From: an uncultured marine group III euryarchaeote
GTDB taxonomy: Archaea; Thermoplasmatota; Poseidoniia; MGIII; CG-Epi1
Direction: 5' to 3'
DNA: 64,000 bases
NCBI GenBank assembly: GCA_902627615.1
Contig: CACOJW010000002.1
Span: forward strand, 26,971-90,970
The notes under the pieces were generated by a model, which ran no database searches, was not told the DNA's origin, and worked only from the letters and a program-made list of their open reading frames with translations. Positions 8,626-18,604 of this stretch are shown in pieces (the first letter of the stretch is position 1; every line of letters starts with the position of its first letter). The translations under genes and the position numbers were made by a program.

Positions 8626-11600
8626 TCTTTCATTTTTTCTTCGACTTCTTCAACGGCATTTTCCAAAGAATCAGTATTAACGCCTTTTTCCTTTAGCCTG
8701 TTAATTAAAATTCTTGTTTCATCTAATTTATTGGTAACTCTTGATGAACTACGGTAAAGTCCATACGCGTGACTTGATGATATAAACGCAGCGAATAAGA
8801 AAAGCATGAGAGCTCCTACTTGCCAACCTGCAGTCAAAAAACGGTTATTTGGCATGACGTCAGAATTATCTCCAACTCCATCACCGTCTAAATCGCTCCA
8901 TTCATTTATATCATTTGGAAATGCGTCACCGTTATTTCCATAACCATCACCGTCTGAATCTTCCCACTCTAATCGATTTAACGGAAAAGCATCTAATATA
9001 TCACAAACATTATCTGAATCGAAGTCATGCCAATCGTTCGGATCATTTGGACAAGCATCTTGTTTCTCACAATAACCATCTCCATCTACATCGATAAATC
9101 CGTCGTAATCAGGACATTGATCAGCATTATTACCGACCCCATCTCTATCGTTATCATACCATTCGCTTATATCATTTGGAAATACGTCGCTATTATCTCC
9201 GACACCATCACTGTCGCTGTCTACCCATTCTGCTGCATCTGTTGGGAAGAAATCTTCAATATTTGGAATTCCGTCACGATCAGTATCTGCAAGTATGGTC
9301 ACATTAAATTCTACAAAGTTGCTACTAATTGTGCCATGATTGTCTATGGCATAAATAGTAATAATATGGAAACCAGAATCAAGACCTAGAAATTGGTATT
9401 GACTATGGTAAGGGCCTAATCCAAAAGAGGCGATGCTTTCTGTCGAGCAATCCTGCGAACAATACAAGCTTCCCCAACCACTAGCCCATTGACTACTTTT
9501 CCACTTATATTTTTGAATATATCCATCGTCATCATAACTTGTTATGAATAGTACATCATTTATTTCACTATTATGCTGTACGAAAGTATAGTTCTGATTT
9601 TTTAATAATGTTTTAGATTGTTCTAAAAGGCTAATAGTTGGTGGTTTGTTAATAAAAACAATTTCTGTTTTCAGTATGTTATTCCCTACAATTAAATCAT
9701 TATACGGGGTCATTTTATCAGAACAATAAAAAGACATACTGTCATTTGGATGATAAATATAGTGTCTGCTAGGACTAATAGTAAATTCTTCAACAGAACA
9801 TGAATCGACAATAGAGCTACTATATTCTGATGAACGGTTTAGTAATTCAATAGCTATTTCAAAGGTAGTTTCATTTGAGACAAGAGGTATATTTTGATTA
9901 TCATAATCAAATGCAATTTCAATTGATTCTTTAACATGTAAATTAGTTATCGTTTTATGACTAATTAAAGAAACGCCATTGGATATATCGTAAATGGACG
10001 CCTGTAGGTAGCCAAAATCGATATTTTCGTTTCCATTATTAGTATAATTTACAACTATTGAGAAATTACTCGTGATGAATGTAGATTTAGGTGCTGTTAT
10101 GCTAGTACCTTCAATTTCTTTACCGTTTGAGTACAAGGAAAGATTATAGATTGTCCATGAACTGTCGGAGTCAAAATATGCACCCCCCATTCGGAATCTG
10201 AATTTGATATCATTGATATATGCTTGAGGTATTGTTTCTTTTTCAATAGTAATGGTAGTATATTTTATACCGCCAGAAGAAGATATAAAACCTTCAGATC
10301 CTCTTAAAGGATTTCCATAATATTCACTTGCGAAGATTTGGCCCTCATATCCATTAAATGTAGGTGTAACTACATTGCATTGATAGTCATTCAGATAGGT
10401 AGTTACTTCAAAACACATTTCTACTCTTCCACCATCGTATTGCTCAAAAAAGTAGGCGTGTTCTAGTAAAATGTAGATATTTGATGATGCACCGGACAAA
10501 TCAAAAGTAGGTGACATAATGCTATAATCGTCTCCATTATATGGTGTTCTTAACGTATCATTACCAGTGATCCAGGATCCATTCACTAATTTCCAATTAC
10601 TCTTTTCTTGAATTTCTTCAGAACTGCAGACAGAATTTTGACAAAAGTTAGTCCAGCCCAACCAATGGTTGCTATTGTATGCTAGATTATTTTCTAATAC
10701 GTTAAAATAAATTTGATTGTTTTCATCGTTCTGATCAATTTCATAATTTGCAAATATACCAAATTGATACCGATGAGCTAAATCAATATTATAATCAATT
10801 AAAATATTATTTTTTTCTCCTAAATGCAGCGTTCCCGCAGCCATAACAATATTCTCATGTTCTAAGAAATAGACTCCGTCCTCATCTAGTTTCCAAATTT
10901 CGAGTTTGAATGTAATATTATCCAAATTAAGATCTGCAAACCCCTTATTTCTTAGCGTTAGGTTCAAGAATCCATTTTGATTAACGACGAGAGTATCTAC
11001 CTCATTTTCTATATTATTTGGGCCGTACAAAGAATTTATAGGAATTAGGTCTTTGGATTCAATTTTAATGATTTCCACATCATACTTCTTTAGTTCTCCA
11101 AAAATAACAACATTATCGAAACCATATCCTCCATCATATCCCGCAGTTCCACAAGATAGAGATGAAAATCCAGAAGTCCATCGGAGTTTAACATTTGAAT
11201 AGTCTTTATTAGTGTCCAAAAGAGAAGACAAATCGACCACAACTTCACTAGGTGAAGTTCCATACACCCAATCACTCTGATACCCTCCATAATTTGAGTA
11301 ATCGGTCCAGGCTACATTACCTCTTATTGGGTTTCCATAATATGACTGACTACCTACGCTTCCAGGGTAAGGATTTTCAGGCGTTATTGTGGTAAATCCC
11401 TGCCCCATATCAATTTCTAAAAACGTACCACCGTAATTGTAATAAAAATAATATGAATGTGAAAATTTTAAATATATATCATAGCCGACATTTAAATTAA
11501 ATGAAGGACTTGTAATTGAGGTTCTAGCAGGATTGTTTTGTGAGCATCGGTATCCTGAGAACATACTCCTGTTTCCATTTGCGTCGTTAGTATAGTTCCA

Positions 11601-12740
11601 AGCTTGAGATTCTGAGAAATCCCAGCCACTATCCTCCAGTGTACCTTCTTCAAAATTTTCTTTAAAAATTAGAAACTTAATAGCAGTCTCGCTATGAATT
11701 TTATTATTAGATATGTTTTCATCAGAAATTATTAAAGATACACTAATCGTAATATTATCATTATTTTCAAACTCCAAATCCATAAGAATAGGAGCTATAA
11801 ATTTAACTTCGAGTGGTGCCCTATTAAAGCGTTCAAGGAAATCAATATTTTTTGTGTGAGTATAGAAAACTGCACCGTCGTCATTAAATAATTCGAAAGA
11901 TACATTGAAATCAGTTTGATTTTTAGTCCCTATATTTCTGATAACTGTTGTTATTGTTTCATTAAAGTTTAATGAAAAATAAGAATCATATTTTAGTTCT
12001 GACACTACTAAATCATTTTTGGGGATTGGTGGCGCATAAAAACGCACAGAAAACTGCGAATCAAGTTCTTTCATACCGCCGTGATGATATTGCAACCCCA
12101 CCTCAGCAGAACCTTGTATACCTATTCCAACTGTTCCATTGTAATCACTCCCTCCATTTGAGAAGTTATTATTGTACTGGAATAGAATGTCTCCTGTTTT
12201 TTCAAATAAAATAATTTGAAAATTATATAATCCATAATGATCACTACTGCACGAACTATAATCGCGTAGATTATCATATTGTATAATCAAAGTTCGATTA
12301 TTGCTGTTTCCAAATTTCTTGTAACTTAAGTTAGCATAGATTTCACTATCGCAAGTACCTCGATGATCTCTCCAAAAAGGAGCGATTGCGGCACCAAATT
12401 TTGTAGTAGGTATGGGGTCTGGCGTCCATGTCTGGGAGACAACGCTACCTAGAGTTATGTACGCATTATCACCACCAAGGTACCACTGACTATACCACTC
12501 TCCATAAAAGAAAAAATCAAAACCTATATCATAAGGACCTCTCACTGAATCTCCGTGCAAATTAAAACTCGTTCCATTCGAAGAAATATCTATCCAATTA
12601 TATGCTGGCCCATCAGTTTCATTACTCTCTTTGAATGTATAACCAAAGCTGTCAGGACCTCCGCTTTCAGCAGAACCTTGTTGACTTGCGCAAAGTCCGA
12701 TAACAACAAAAATCCATAGAAGATATGGCCACTTATTCAC
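8610..12740 (-). CDS. Large surface protein: NIDO-like N-terminus, CARDB-like and jelly-roll-like domains, thrombospondin type-3 repeats, C-terminal TM
   Basis: Signal peptide; GPDSFGY...IGFDFFFYG...IAPFWRD N-terminal domain; repeated DxDxDGVGDNxD; TM near the C-terminus; GTG start. Confidence 0.85.
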   Translation of the reverse strand: MNKWPYLLWIFVVIGLCASQQGSAESGGPDSFGYTFKESNETDGPAYNWIDISSNGTSFNLHGDSVRGPYDIGFDFFFYGEWYSQWYLGGDNAYITLGSVVSQTWTPDPIPTTKFGAAIAPFWRDHRGTCDSEIYANLSYKKFGNSNNRTLIIQYDNLRDYSSCSSDHYGLYNFQIILFEKTGDILFQYNNNFSNGGSDYNGTVGIGIQGSAEVGLQYHHGGMKELDSQFSVRFYAPPIPKNDLVVSELKYDSYFSLNFNETITTVIRNIGTKNQTDFNVSFELFNDDGAVFYTHTKNIDFLERFNRAPLEVKFIAPILMDLEFENNDNITISVSLIISDENISNNKIHSETAIKFLIFKENFEEGTLEDSGWDFSESQAWNYTNDANGNRSMFSGYRCSQNNPARTSITSPSFNLNVGYDIYLKFSHSYYFYYNYGGTFLEIDMGQGFTTITPENPYPGSVGSQSYYGNPIRGNVAWTDYSNYGGYQSDWVYGTSPSEVVVDLSSLLDTNKDYSNVKLRWTSGFSSLSCGTAGYDGGYGFDNVVIFGELKKYDVEIIKIESKDLIPINSLYGPNNIENEVDTLVVNQNGFLNLTLRNKGFADLNLDNITFKLEIWKLDEDGVYFLEHENIVMAAGTLHLGEKNNILIDYNIDLAHRYQFGIFANYEIDQNDENNQIYFNVLENNLAYNSNHWLGWTNFCQNSVCSSEEIQEKSNWKLVNGSWITGNDTLRTPYNGDDYSIMSPTFDLSGASSNIYILLEHAYFFEQYDGGRVEMCFEVTTYLNDYQCNVVTPTFNGYEGQIFASEYYGNPLRGSEGFISSSGGIKYTTITIEKETIPQAYINDIKFRFRMGGAYFDSDSSWTIYNLSLYSNGKEIEGTSITAPKSTFITSNFSIVVNYTNNGNENIDFGYLQASIYDISNGVSLISHKTITNLHVKESIEIAFDYDNQNIPLVSNETTFEIAIELLNRSSEYSSSIVDSCSVEEFTISPSRHYIYHPNDSMSFYCSDKMTPYNDLIVGNNILKTEIVFINKPPTISLLEQSKTLLKNQNYTFVQHNSEINDVLFITSYDDDGYIQKYKWKSSQWASGWGSLYCSQDCSTESIASFGLGPYHSQYQFLGLDSGFHIITIYAIDNHGTISSNFVEFNVTILADTDRDGIPNIEDFFPTDAAEWVDSDSDGVGDNSDVFPNDISEWYDNDRDGVGNNADQCPDYDGFIDVDGDGYCEKQDACPNDPNDWHDFDSDNVCDILDAFPLNRLEWEDSDGDGYGNNGDAFPNDINEWSDLDGDGVGDNSDVMPNNRFLTAGWQVGALMLFLFAAFISSSHAYGLYRSSSRVTNKLDETRILINRLKEKGVNTDSLENAVEEVEEKMKEWILR
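8860..9290 (-). repeat. Thrombospondin type-3 (calcium-binding) coding repeats
   Basis: About seven units such as DSDSDGVGDNSDVFP, DNDRDGVGNNADQCP, DSDGDGYGNNGDAFP, DLDGDGVGDNSDVMP. Boundaries approximate. Confidence 0.85.
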
Positions 12741-12770
12741 AATTCCTCATTTTCATCCCTTAATAATATT

Positions 12771-13589
12771 TTATTTTAGAAATGATATTGCATTAACGGC
12801 AGTTACCGTTTCTTTGACATCATGAACTCTTAGAATATCAACACCGCCTGTAGCCCCCATTATTGCAGCAGATAAACTTCCAGTTAATCTATCGCCATCT
12901 TCATTACCAGTCATTATAGCGATGAATGATTTTCTACTTGCCCCTAGTAAGACACCACCAGCCATTCCTTTGAATTCATTTAATCTTCCCAACAGTTCTA
13001 AATTATGTTTTAAATTTTTACCAAACCCAATTCCTGGATCAACGATAATATCAGAACGTTTGATTCCAGCTTTTTCAGCAGCATTTATCCGTTCTTTTAG
13101 CCATTCTTTGATATCTTCCACTACATCACCATATTGAGGGTTCTTTTGCATATCTTCAGGCGTTCCTTGCATGTGCATCACTATTACTGGAACTTTCATT
13201 TCAGCAACTGCAGAAATCATATCCTCATTTCGTAAGCCACCAACATCATTTACAATACACGCACCAGCTTGTACTGCTTTTTTGGCAACTTCAGCCTTTT
13301 GAGTGTCAATTGAAATTGGAATATTGTAATTTTTTGAAATATACTCAATGGCAGGAATTACTCTTTCTAACTCTTCTTCTGTAGTCACAGGTTTTGATCC
13401 AGGTCTAGTTGATTCTCCACCTATATCTATTATTTGGACACCTTCGTTTATCATGGCATCTACTCTTTTTTGTGTATCAACTAAATTAAAATGTTCGCCA
13501 CCGTCATAGAAACTATCTGGTGTAACGTTTAGGATTCCCATAACATGGCATTTGCCATCTAATTCTAATTTACCTAACTTGAGGCTCAT
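12771..13589 (-). CDS. folP: Dihydropteroate synthase
   Basis: MGILNVTPDSF, IDIGGESTRPG, DPGIGFGK, SRKSF, LRVHDV. Confidence 0.95.
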   Translation of the reverse strand: MSLKLGKLELDGKCHVMGILNVTPDSFYDGGEHFNLVDTQKRVDAMINEGVQIIDIGGESTRPGSKPVTTEEELERVIPAIEYISKNYNIPISIDTQKAEVAKKAVQAGACIVNDVGGLRNEDMISAVAEMKVPVIVMHMQGTPEDMQKNPQYGDVVEDIKEWLKERINAAEKAGIKRSDIIVDPGIGFGKNLKHNLELLGRLNEFKGMAGGVLLGASRKSFIAIMTGNEDGDRLTGSLSAAIMGATGGVDILRVHDVKETVTAVNAISFLK

Positions 13590-16500
13590 TCACGTATTAC
13601 AAATTGAGAGCCACACATAGGACAGCCGACTTGAATTGGTCTTTGAGTAGTTGTTATTGAGATTAATCCGTTACAATTTGGGCAGTTCAATTCCAGAGGT
13701 CCAGGAGTGACATCTTCGAACATTTCTTCGAAATCATCTCCACCGCCACCACCCATTCTCTTCAAGCCCATAGCTAATCCAGCTAGTGCTACGACGGCAA
13801 CTCCAGCAATACCTGCGAGCATTGTTGTACTGTAGCCATCTTCCTCACCATCTCCTCTATTGACACCACTGTCGCTAACAGTTACAGTAGCTTGCCAAGT
13901 AGCAGTTCCACCTCTTTCATCAGTAACTGTCAAAATGGCAATATAGGTTCCAGGAGTGTTGTATATTTTATTGAAGGTTTTAGAGTTTTTATCACCTAGA
14001 AGATTGATTGAAAATCCTTGGCCATTTACAATACTCCAAGAATATTCTAGTTTGCTATCATCACCATCAGGGTCGTATGAATTAGCTGCGGAGTAAGTAA
14101 TTTCTTCTCCAGTTTTTGCAGATTTTAGAATATCACTAAAAATTCCTTGGCCATTAATGAAAATTCCAGCTTCTGCTTTAGCAACAGGATTTATATTTTC
14201 AGGTAGATAAATTCTAATTGGAATCAATGGAGACCAACTACTAGCAAGTATGTCATCAGCTCCACTTTCATCGATTTCTCGAGCCATTAATTGTGCACTA
14301 AATATTTTTTCATCAAATAGTTCGGGCAAGGTATAGTTGTAACCATTTGTTGTCACTTGGCTATCTACTACTTCAAGTAAAAATAATCCTTCTCCGAGGT
14401 TTAGGTTAGCAATAGCGGCATTAGAACCGTTCATAAGTCTGAAAATTCTATTTATTCCAAATTCATTTTGTACTACTTCTTCGCCACTATCTAGCTGCAA
14501 CTCACCTCCATTAGGGCCCGTGAAGAAGGCGTTACGATATAGTCGAACAGTTTGTCCTTCTTTTACCCAATCAGAGAAAACATTATCTCCGAAATTAAAT
14601 CGATATTCTAATTCAGCACGGTAATCAGGATCATAGGAGTCACTAACATCAAATGTTATGAAAGCACCATCAGAAGCTTCAGTTATGTTCGATTTTAATA
14701 TTGCAATAGGCTGGGTGTTCGCTTTAACTTCTACAGTGATGACTTGTTGAGTAGATTCTTTTCTTCTTTCATCTCTTGTCTGCACAAGTATTTCTTTTTC
14801 ACCAGGCGTAGAAAAACTTAGATCCCACGTATAGTCTGAAACCCATGTAGTCCAACTTCCATCGAAATAGTATCTGTAAGTTAAATCAGGGTTGCCGTCT
14901 AATCGATCCATTTCACCATCTGTAGTTTCATTGTCGTATGAATTTCCTGCATCTACGCGTGCCGCTTCGTCAACCCAAAGAATGGTCTTGTCGATAGTAG
15001 CTTCGACAACGGGTTTGTCGTTTGGAATTTCTTCTATTTCTAGAATGGTATAATCCTTATTGTTACTAAATCGAGTTTCTTGTCTAGGTTGGTTGGTATC
15101 TTCCGCTAGTCCATAAATTTCATGATAGCCAGGAGTTGTTTGAATTCCATACCAAATGACTTCAAAAGAAGCAGATTCTCCGTTGCTTAGTGCTTTACAT
15201 CCGTCACGTTGATTTTCTTCAGTTGCATCACAACTAAATTCGGTTATTTTCTTTCCACCAGCGTCAGGATCTCCATCGTATATTTTCACTCTCCACTTAG
15301 CAGTATCGGCACCGCCGTAATTTACGATGCTTAGATTTATAGTGATATCTTCATCCTCGTTTGGATTTTCAGGAAGATAACTAATTTCACTTCCTTCAAT
15401 AGCCAAATCAGGCTTATTGGTTTGACCTTCAGTTGTGAATAACCAGAGGTAAGCATCACTTCCTACAGCCATCTCCATTGCACCATCATTATCAGCATTT
15501 CCAATAGCTATTCCTCCGTAATGTCCAGCTCTGTTAGATAAAGCACTGGTTTTTGCTTCAAAAGTTCCAGGCTCTATTCCGTCATAAATGAATAATTCTC
15601 CTCCTGAAGTTCCGTAGATCAATTCAGCCTCTCCATCACTATCAAAATCTCCAACTTCGATACCCCAAACGGAGTTACTGTCTACATCTTTTGAATAATC
15701 CTCAGCATGAGAATCTCCATCATAAATTATCAAACGAGGTTTATTCTCGCCTTTTTCACCAGTACCGACAATAATTTCTTCAGTTCCATCACCGTCTAAA
15801 TCTCCAACATCAATTCCATAAGCAGTATATCTTGCAGTATTCATGACTGAACCGTCTAGTGAATAACTTCCACCAGTTCGCTGGTATACTCTTACCTCTG
15901 CATTAGCTTGCGATCCTTCTCTGTTATCACCTCCAGTTCCTACCACAAGTTCATTGTCCCCATCATTATCAGGATCTCCACTATCAATTCCTCCAACAAT
16001 TTGTCCGATATCTCCAGAAGTCCATTCTTGGGAAAAGCTAGAACCGCCATATCCCCAAACTTTGACTGCACCGTGTAATTCAGTAGTTCCAGAAGTTGCC
16101 TCAATAATTTCTAAGTATCCTGTAGCAATTCCGATTTCAGGGTGGTTTGTTCCATCTAATTCGGAAATAGTTACTCCCAAAGAAGCGTCAATATTTCCAC
16201 TTTTGAAAGCTTCAGTGAAGCCATCTCCACTTCTTTCAAAAACATACAGATATCCTTCACCTCCATCGCCCTCCTCACCTTTTGGTTCTCCAGGGATTCC
16301 GGTGGTTACAGCAATATCATTATTCCCATCACTATCTAAATCACCAATTGCAACTCCAATGGGAATTTTATCTAATTGTGGACTTACCCATTGGGTTTCG
16401 TAAGTTGCACCATCGAAGACATAAATTCTTCCGGAACCAGATCCAACGACAATTTCTAAATTATCGTCATCATCTAAGTTAGCCATATCTACTCCATAGT

Positions 16501-17788
16501 TGCTTCCACCTTCCAGTGTAGCTAATAAATTGTCATTTTCTCCAGCTTCACTGGTCCATGCTAAAGCATGATTTGTTTGAGAGGTCACTTCCCAAGCTCT
16601 TACTATTCCAGCATCACTTCCATGAACAATCCAAGGGTCATCATGTCCATTCATAGAGATAGTTACTCCTCCTCCGGTATTCATTGGAAATCCGCCACTC
16701 CATTCTTGGTAGGTTGTTAAACTGGAACCAGACAATCCCATGATTCGTATGTTTCCACTTCCATCGGCAACAACTAATTCTTCATTGCTATTTCCAAATA
16801 AATTTTCACTTGCTAGTCCATATCCACTTTTTACGTCGTTATCGCTAATCCTCTCGTCACGATCACCGTCCACAAAAATAGTTATTTTTGATTGTTGAGG
16901 AACAATCAACTCATCAATTCCATTTCCATCTAAGTCGGCTGCGTGTAAACTGTAACACAAGCTATCTGCGCCACTACTTCCATCCATGTCATATTTCCAT
17001 TGCATTTCTTCAGTTTGGCCGTCAAAAACTGCGACCCAGCCCTGCTTACTTCCAACAGCTACCTCTGTAGCTTCATCGTCGTCAAATTGTCCAAATGTTA
17101 AGCCCCAAGTATTTTCTAAATTACCGCCACTAGTTTTAGCTCCAAGATCTACATACCACTCAGCTTCATCGTAAGTAATATCTCTGCCAACATAAATTTC
17201 AGGTTTATCTGTATCTACAACCCATAAAAATCCACGATCACCACTCATTGCCAATTCAGCTTTTTCATCCCCATCCAAGTCGCCCATTGCCAGCCCATAT
17301 GGCCATCCTTCAGTCCATTGAGTGTGTGACCATGATACTCCAGAAGACCAATTTGCTTCTGCAAGAAGAGAGATTCCATCAATAATTTTTACTTTTCCAG
17401 AATCTGCATTCCAGTTGTAACCAATTGCAATTTCCAATTGTGGGTCATCATCTATTTGTGCTATTTCCATTCCTTTTACAGGACCACCCATATCTACGGT
17501 GTGGAATGTTTCAAACCATCCTTCGTTACTAGAATCCCAGTCCAAAATGTGGACATATCCTTGTGAATTACCAAAAATTAACTCATCCTCACCATCTATA
17601 TCTATGTCAGCACTTTTAATCGAATTTAAAGCACCGACACCAGTACCTATTCCAGTATGCCATTTTTCGCTTAAATAACCAGTATCCGTATCTGTTCTAG
17701 CATCATTTGCAGCTTCAACATTTATTCCAGAGGAAACGGCAGAAATCAAAAAGACGATAGCCAATGCTAGAGCTTTTGCTGGATTCAT
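13586..17788 (-). CDS. Large surface protein: FG-GAP/VCBS repeats, CARDB, PKD-like domains, C-terminal TM and cytoplasmic zinc ribbon
   Basis: Many GD(L/F)DxDGxxE(L/I) repeats; PDLAI...NYGG CARDB; SYDPDG and LTVTDERG PKD; TM followed by CPNC...CPMC. Confidence 0.88.
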   Translation of the reverse strand: MNPAKALALAIVFLISAVSSGINVEAANDARTDTDTGYLSEKWHTGIGTGVGALNSIKSADIDIDGEDELIFGNSQGYVHILDWDSSNEGWFETFHTVDMGGPVKGMEIAQIDDDPQLEIAIGYNWNADSGKVKIIDGISLLAEANWSSGVSWSHTQWTEGWPYGLAMGDLDGDEKAELAMSGDRGFLWVVDTDKPEIYVGRDITYDEAEWYVDLGAKTSGGNLENTWGLTFGQFDDDEATEVAVGSKQGWVAVFDGQTEEMQWKYDMDGSSGADSLCYSLHAADLDGNGIDELIVPQQSKITIFVDGDRDERISDNDVKSGYGLASENLFGNSNEELVVADGSGNIRIMGLSGSSLTTYQEWSGGFPMNTGGGVTISMNGHDDPWIVHGSDAGIVRAWEVTSQTNHALAWTSEAGENDNLLATLEGGSNYGVDMANLDDDDNLEIVVGSGSGRIYVFDGATYETQWVSPQLDKIPIGVAIGDLDSDGNNDIAVTTGIPGEPKGEEGDGGEGYLYVFERSGDGFTEAFKSGNIDASLGVTISELDGTNHPEIGIATGYLEIIEATSGTTELHGAVKVWGYGGSSFSQEWTSGDIGQIVGGIDSGDPDNDGDNELVVGTGGDNREGSQANAEVRVYQRTGGSYSLDGSVMNTARYTAYGIDVGDLDGDGTEEIIVGTGEKGENKPRLIIYDGDSHAEDYSKDVDSNSVWGIEVGDFDSDGEAELIYGTSGGELFIYDGIEPGTFEAKTSALSNRAGHYGGIAIGNADNDGAMEMAVGSDAYLWLFTTEGQTNKPDLAIEGSEISYLPENPNEDEDITINLSIVNYGGADTAKWRVKIYDGDPDAGGKKITEFSCDATEENQRDGCKALSNGESASFEVIWYGIQTTPGYHEIYGLAEDTNQPRQETRFSNNKDYTILEIEEIPNDKPVVEATIDKTILWVDEAARVDAGNSYDNETTDGEMDRLDGNPDLTYRYYFDGSWTTWVSDYTWDLSFSTPGEKEILVQTRDERRKESTQQVITVEVKANTQPIAILKSNITEASDGAFITFDVSDSYDPDYRAELEYRFNFGDNVFSDWVKEGQTVRLYRNAFFTGPNGGELQLDSGEEVVQNEFGINRIFRLMNGSNAAIANLNLGEGLFLLEVVDSQVTTNGYNYTLPELFDEKIFSAQLMAREIDESGADDILASSWSPLIPIRIYLPENINPVAKAEAGIFINGQGIFSDILKSAKTGEEITYSAANSYDPDGDDSKLEYSWSIVNGQGFSINLLGDKNSKTFNKIYNTPGTYIAILTVTDERGGTATWQATVTVSDSGVNRGDGEEDGYSTTMLAGIAGVAVVALAGLAMGLKRMGGGGGDDFEEMFEDVTPGPLELNCPNCNGLISITTTQRPIQVGCPMCGSQFVIRE

Positions 17789-17826
17789 GCTAGTAATGGT
17801 AAAGCGTAACTATATCAAGGTTTTGA

Positions 17827-17847
17827 CATAATGTCTAAGACATTATG
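17827..17847. promoter_or_regulatory. Perfect 21-bp palindrome CATAATGTCT-A-AGACATTATG (operator or terminator hairpin)
   Basis: 10-bp arms with a 1-nt spacer, between the tatA stop and the FG-GAP gene start. Confidence 0.55.
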
Positions 17848-17849
17848 GT

Positions 17850-18107
17850 TTATTCATTTGACAGTTCTTTCATTATAGCTTCTTTAATTTCGGTTTGATC
17901 CATTCCAGCCGTATCAATTCCTAGTCTTTCAGCAGAAGAACGAACCTTATCATTTTTAGGAAGTTCGTTGTTTCCTGAGGTATATCCACGAAATTCACGA
18001 TAGGCTTTTCCTAGTGCTTTAGCACCTTCAGCCATTTTCCGTGGGCCGAGAAAAGCCCACGCCAAAAATAAAATAATTACTAATTCAAGCAATCCAGGAG
18101 CGTTCAT
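17850..18107 (-). CDS. tatA: Twin-arginine translocase TatA/TatB family subunit
   Basis: G..ELVIIL...FLGPRK...A.ALGKAYREFR: TM, hinge and amphipathic helix. Confidence 0.85.
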   Translation of the reverse strand: MNAPGLLELVIILFLAWAFLGPRKMAEGAKALGKAYREFRGYTSGNNELPKNDKVRSSAERLGIDTAGMDQTEIKEAIMKELSNE

Positions 18108-18604
18108 TAGCTTGTCAAGGCCCGTTCCAAATAAGCCTTAAGCTCATTTTGATTTTCAGCATTAATTCCAAAATATTCCATAAAGGCTTCAGTTACACTT
18201 AATTCAAAACTTCGTCCTTTTCTCTCGCGCTGAACCATTCCCAACTCAACCAATTCACCCACGTGTTCATAGACTTTATCACCTAATTTTTGTTTCAATT
18301 CTTTTTGCATCATTGGTTGTTCATGAGCAATTAATGCTAAAGTTCTCAAAAGGTATGAAGGAATTTCTTGAGGAGCTAGCCTTCTTCCATATTCGACGGC
18401 TTCGGTTTTCAATTGTAGTGCATATTTGTGTCCTAATCTAACAATTTCCAAAGCCCCTTCTCTGTGTTTGTAAAGCTCAACTATGGAATCTAAAGCCCCT
18501 ATTGCCTTATTTCTCGATAATCCAGTAGCTTCAGCTACTTCGGTAGCATCCAAAGCTCTACCAGCAGAAAATAATGCAGCTTCAACAGCCATTAATTCGT
18601 TCAT
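18107..18604 (-). CDS. scpB: SMC-Scp complex subunit ScpB (kite)
   Basis: VEAALF, TLALIAHEQP, HVGELVELG, VTEAFMEYFG; directly follows scpA. Confidence 0.92.
   Translation of the reverse strand: MNELMAVEAALFSAGRALDATEVAEATGLSRNKAIGALDSIVELYKHREGALEIVRLGHKYALQLKTEAVEYGRRLAPQEIPSYLLRTLALIAHEQPMMQKELKQKLGDKVYEHVGELVELGMVQRERKGRSFELSVTEAFMEYFGINAENQNELKAYLERALTS

Noticed and set aside
8860..9290. CRISPR-like or DNA tandem array
   Set aside because: The repeats are degenerate at DNA level and in frame with TSP3 protein repeats. There are no identical direct repeats with spacers and no cas genes.
12771..13589. Sulfonamide-resistance sul gene
   Set aside because: Ordinary chromosomal FolP motifs and no mobile-element context; nothing visible supports a Sul assignment.
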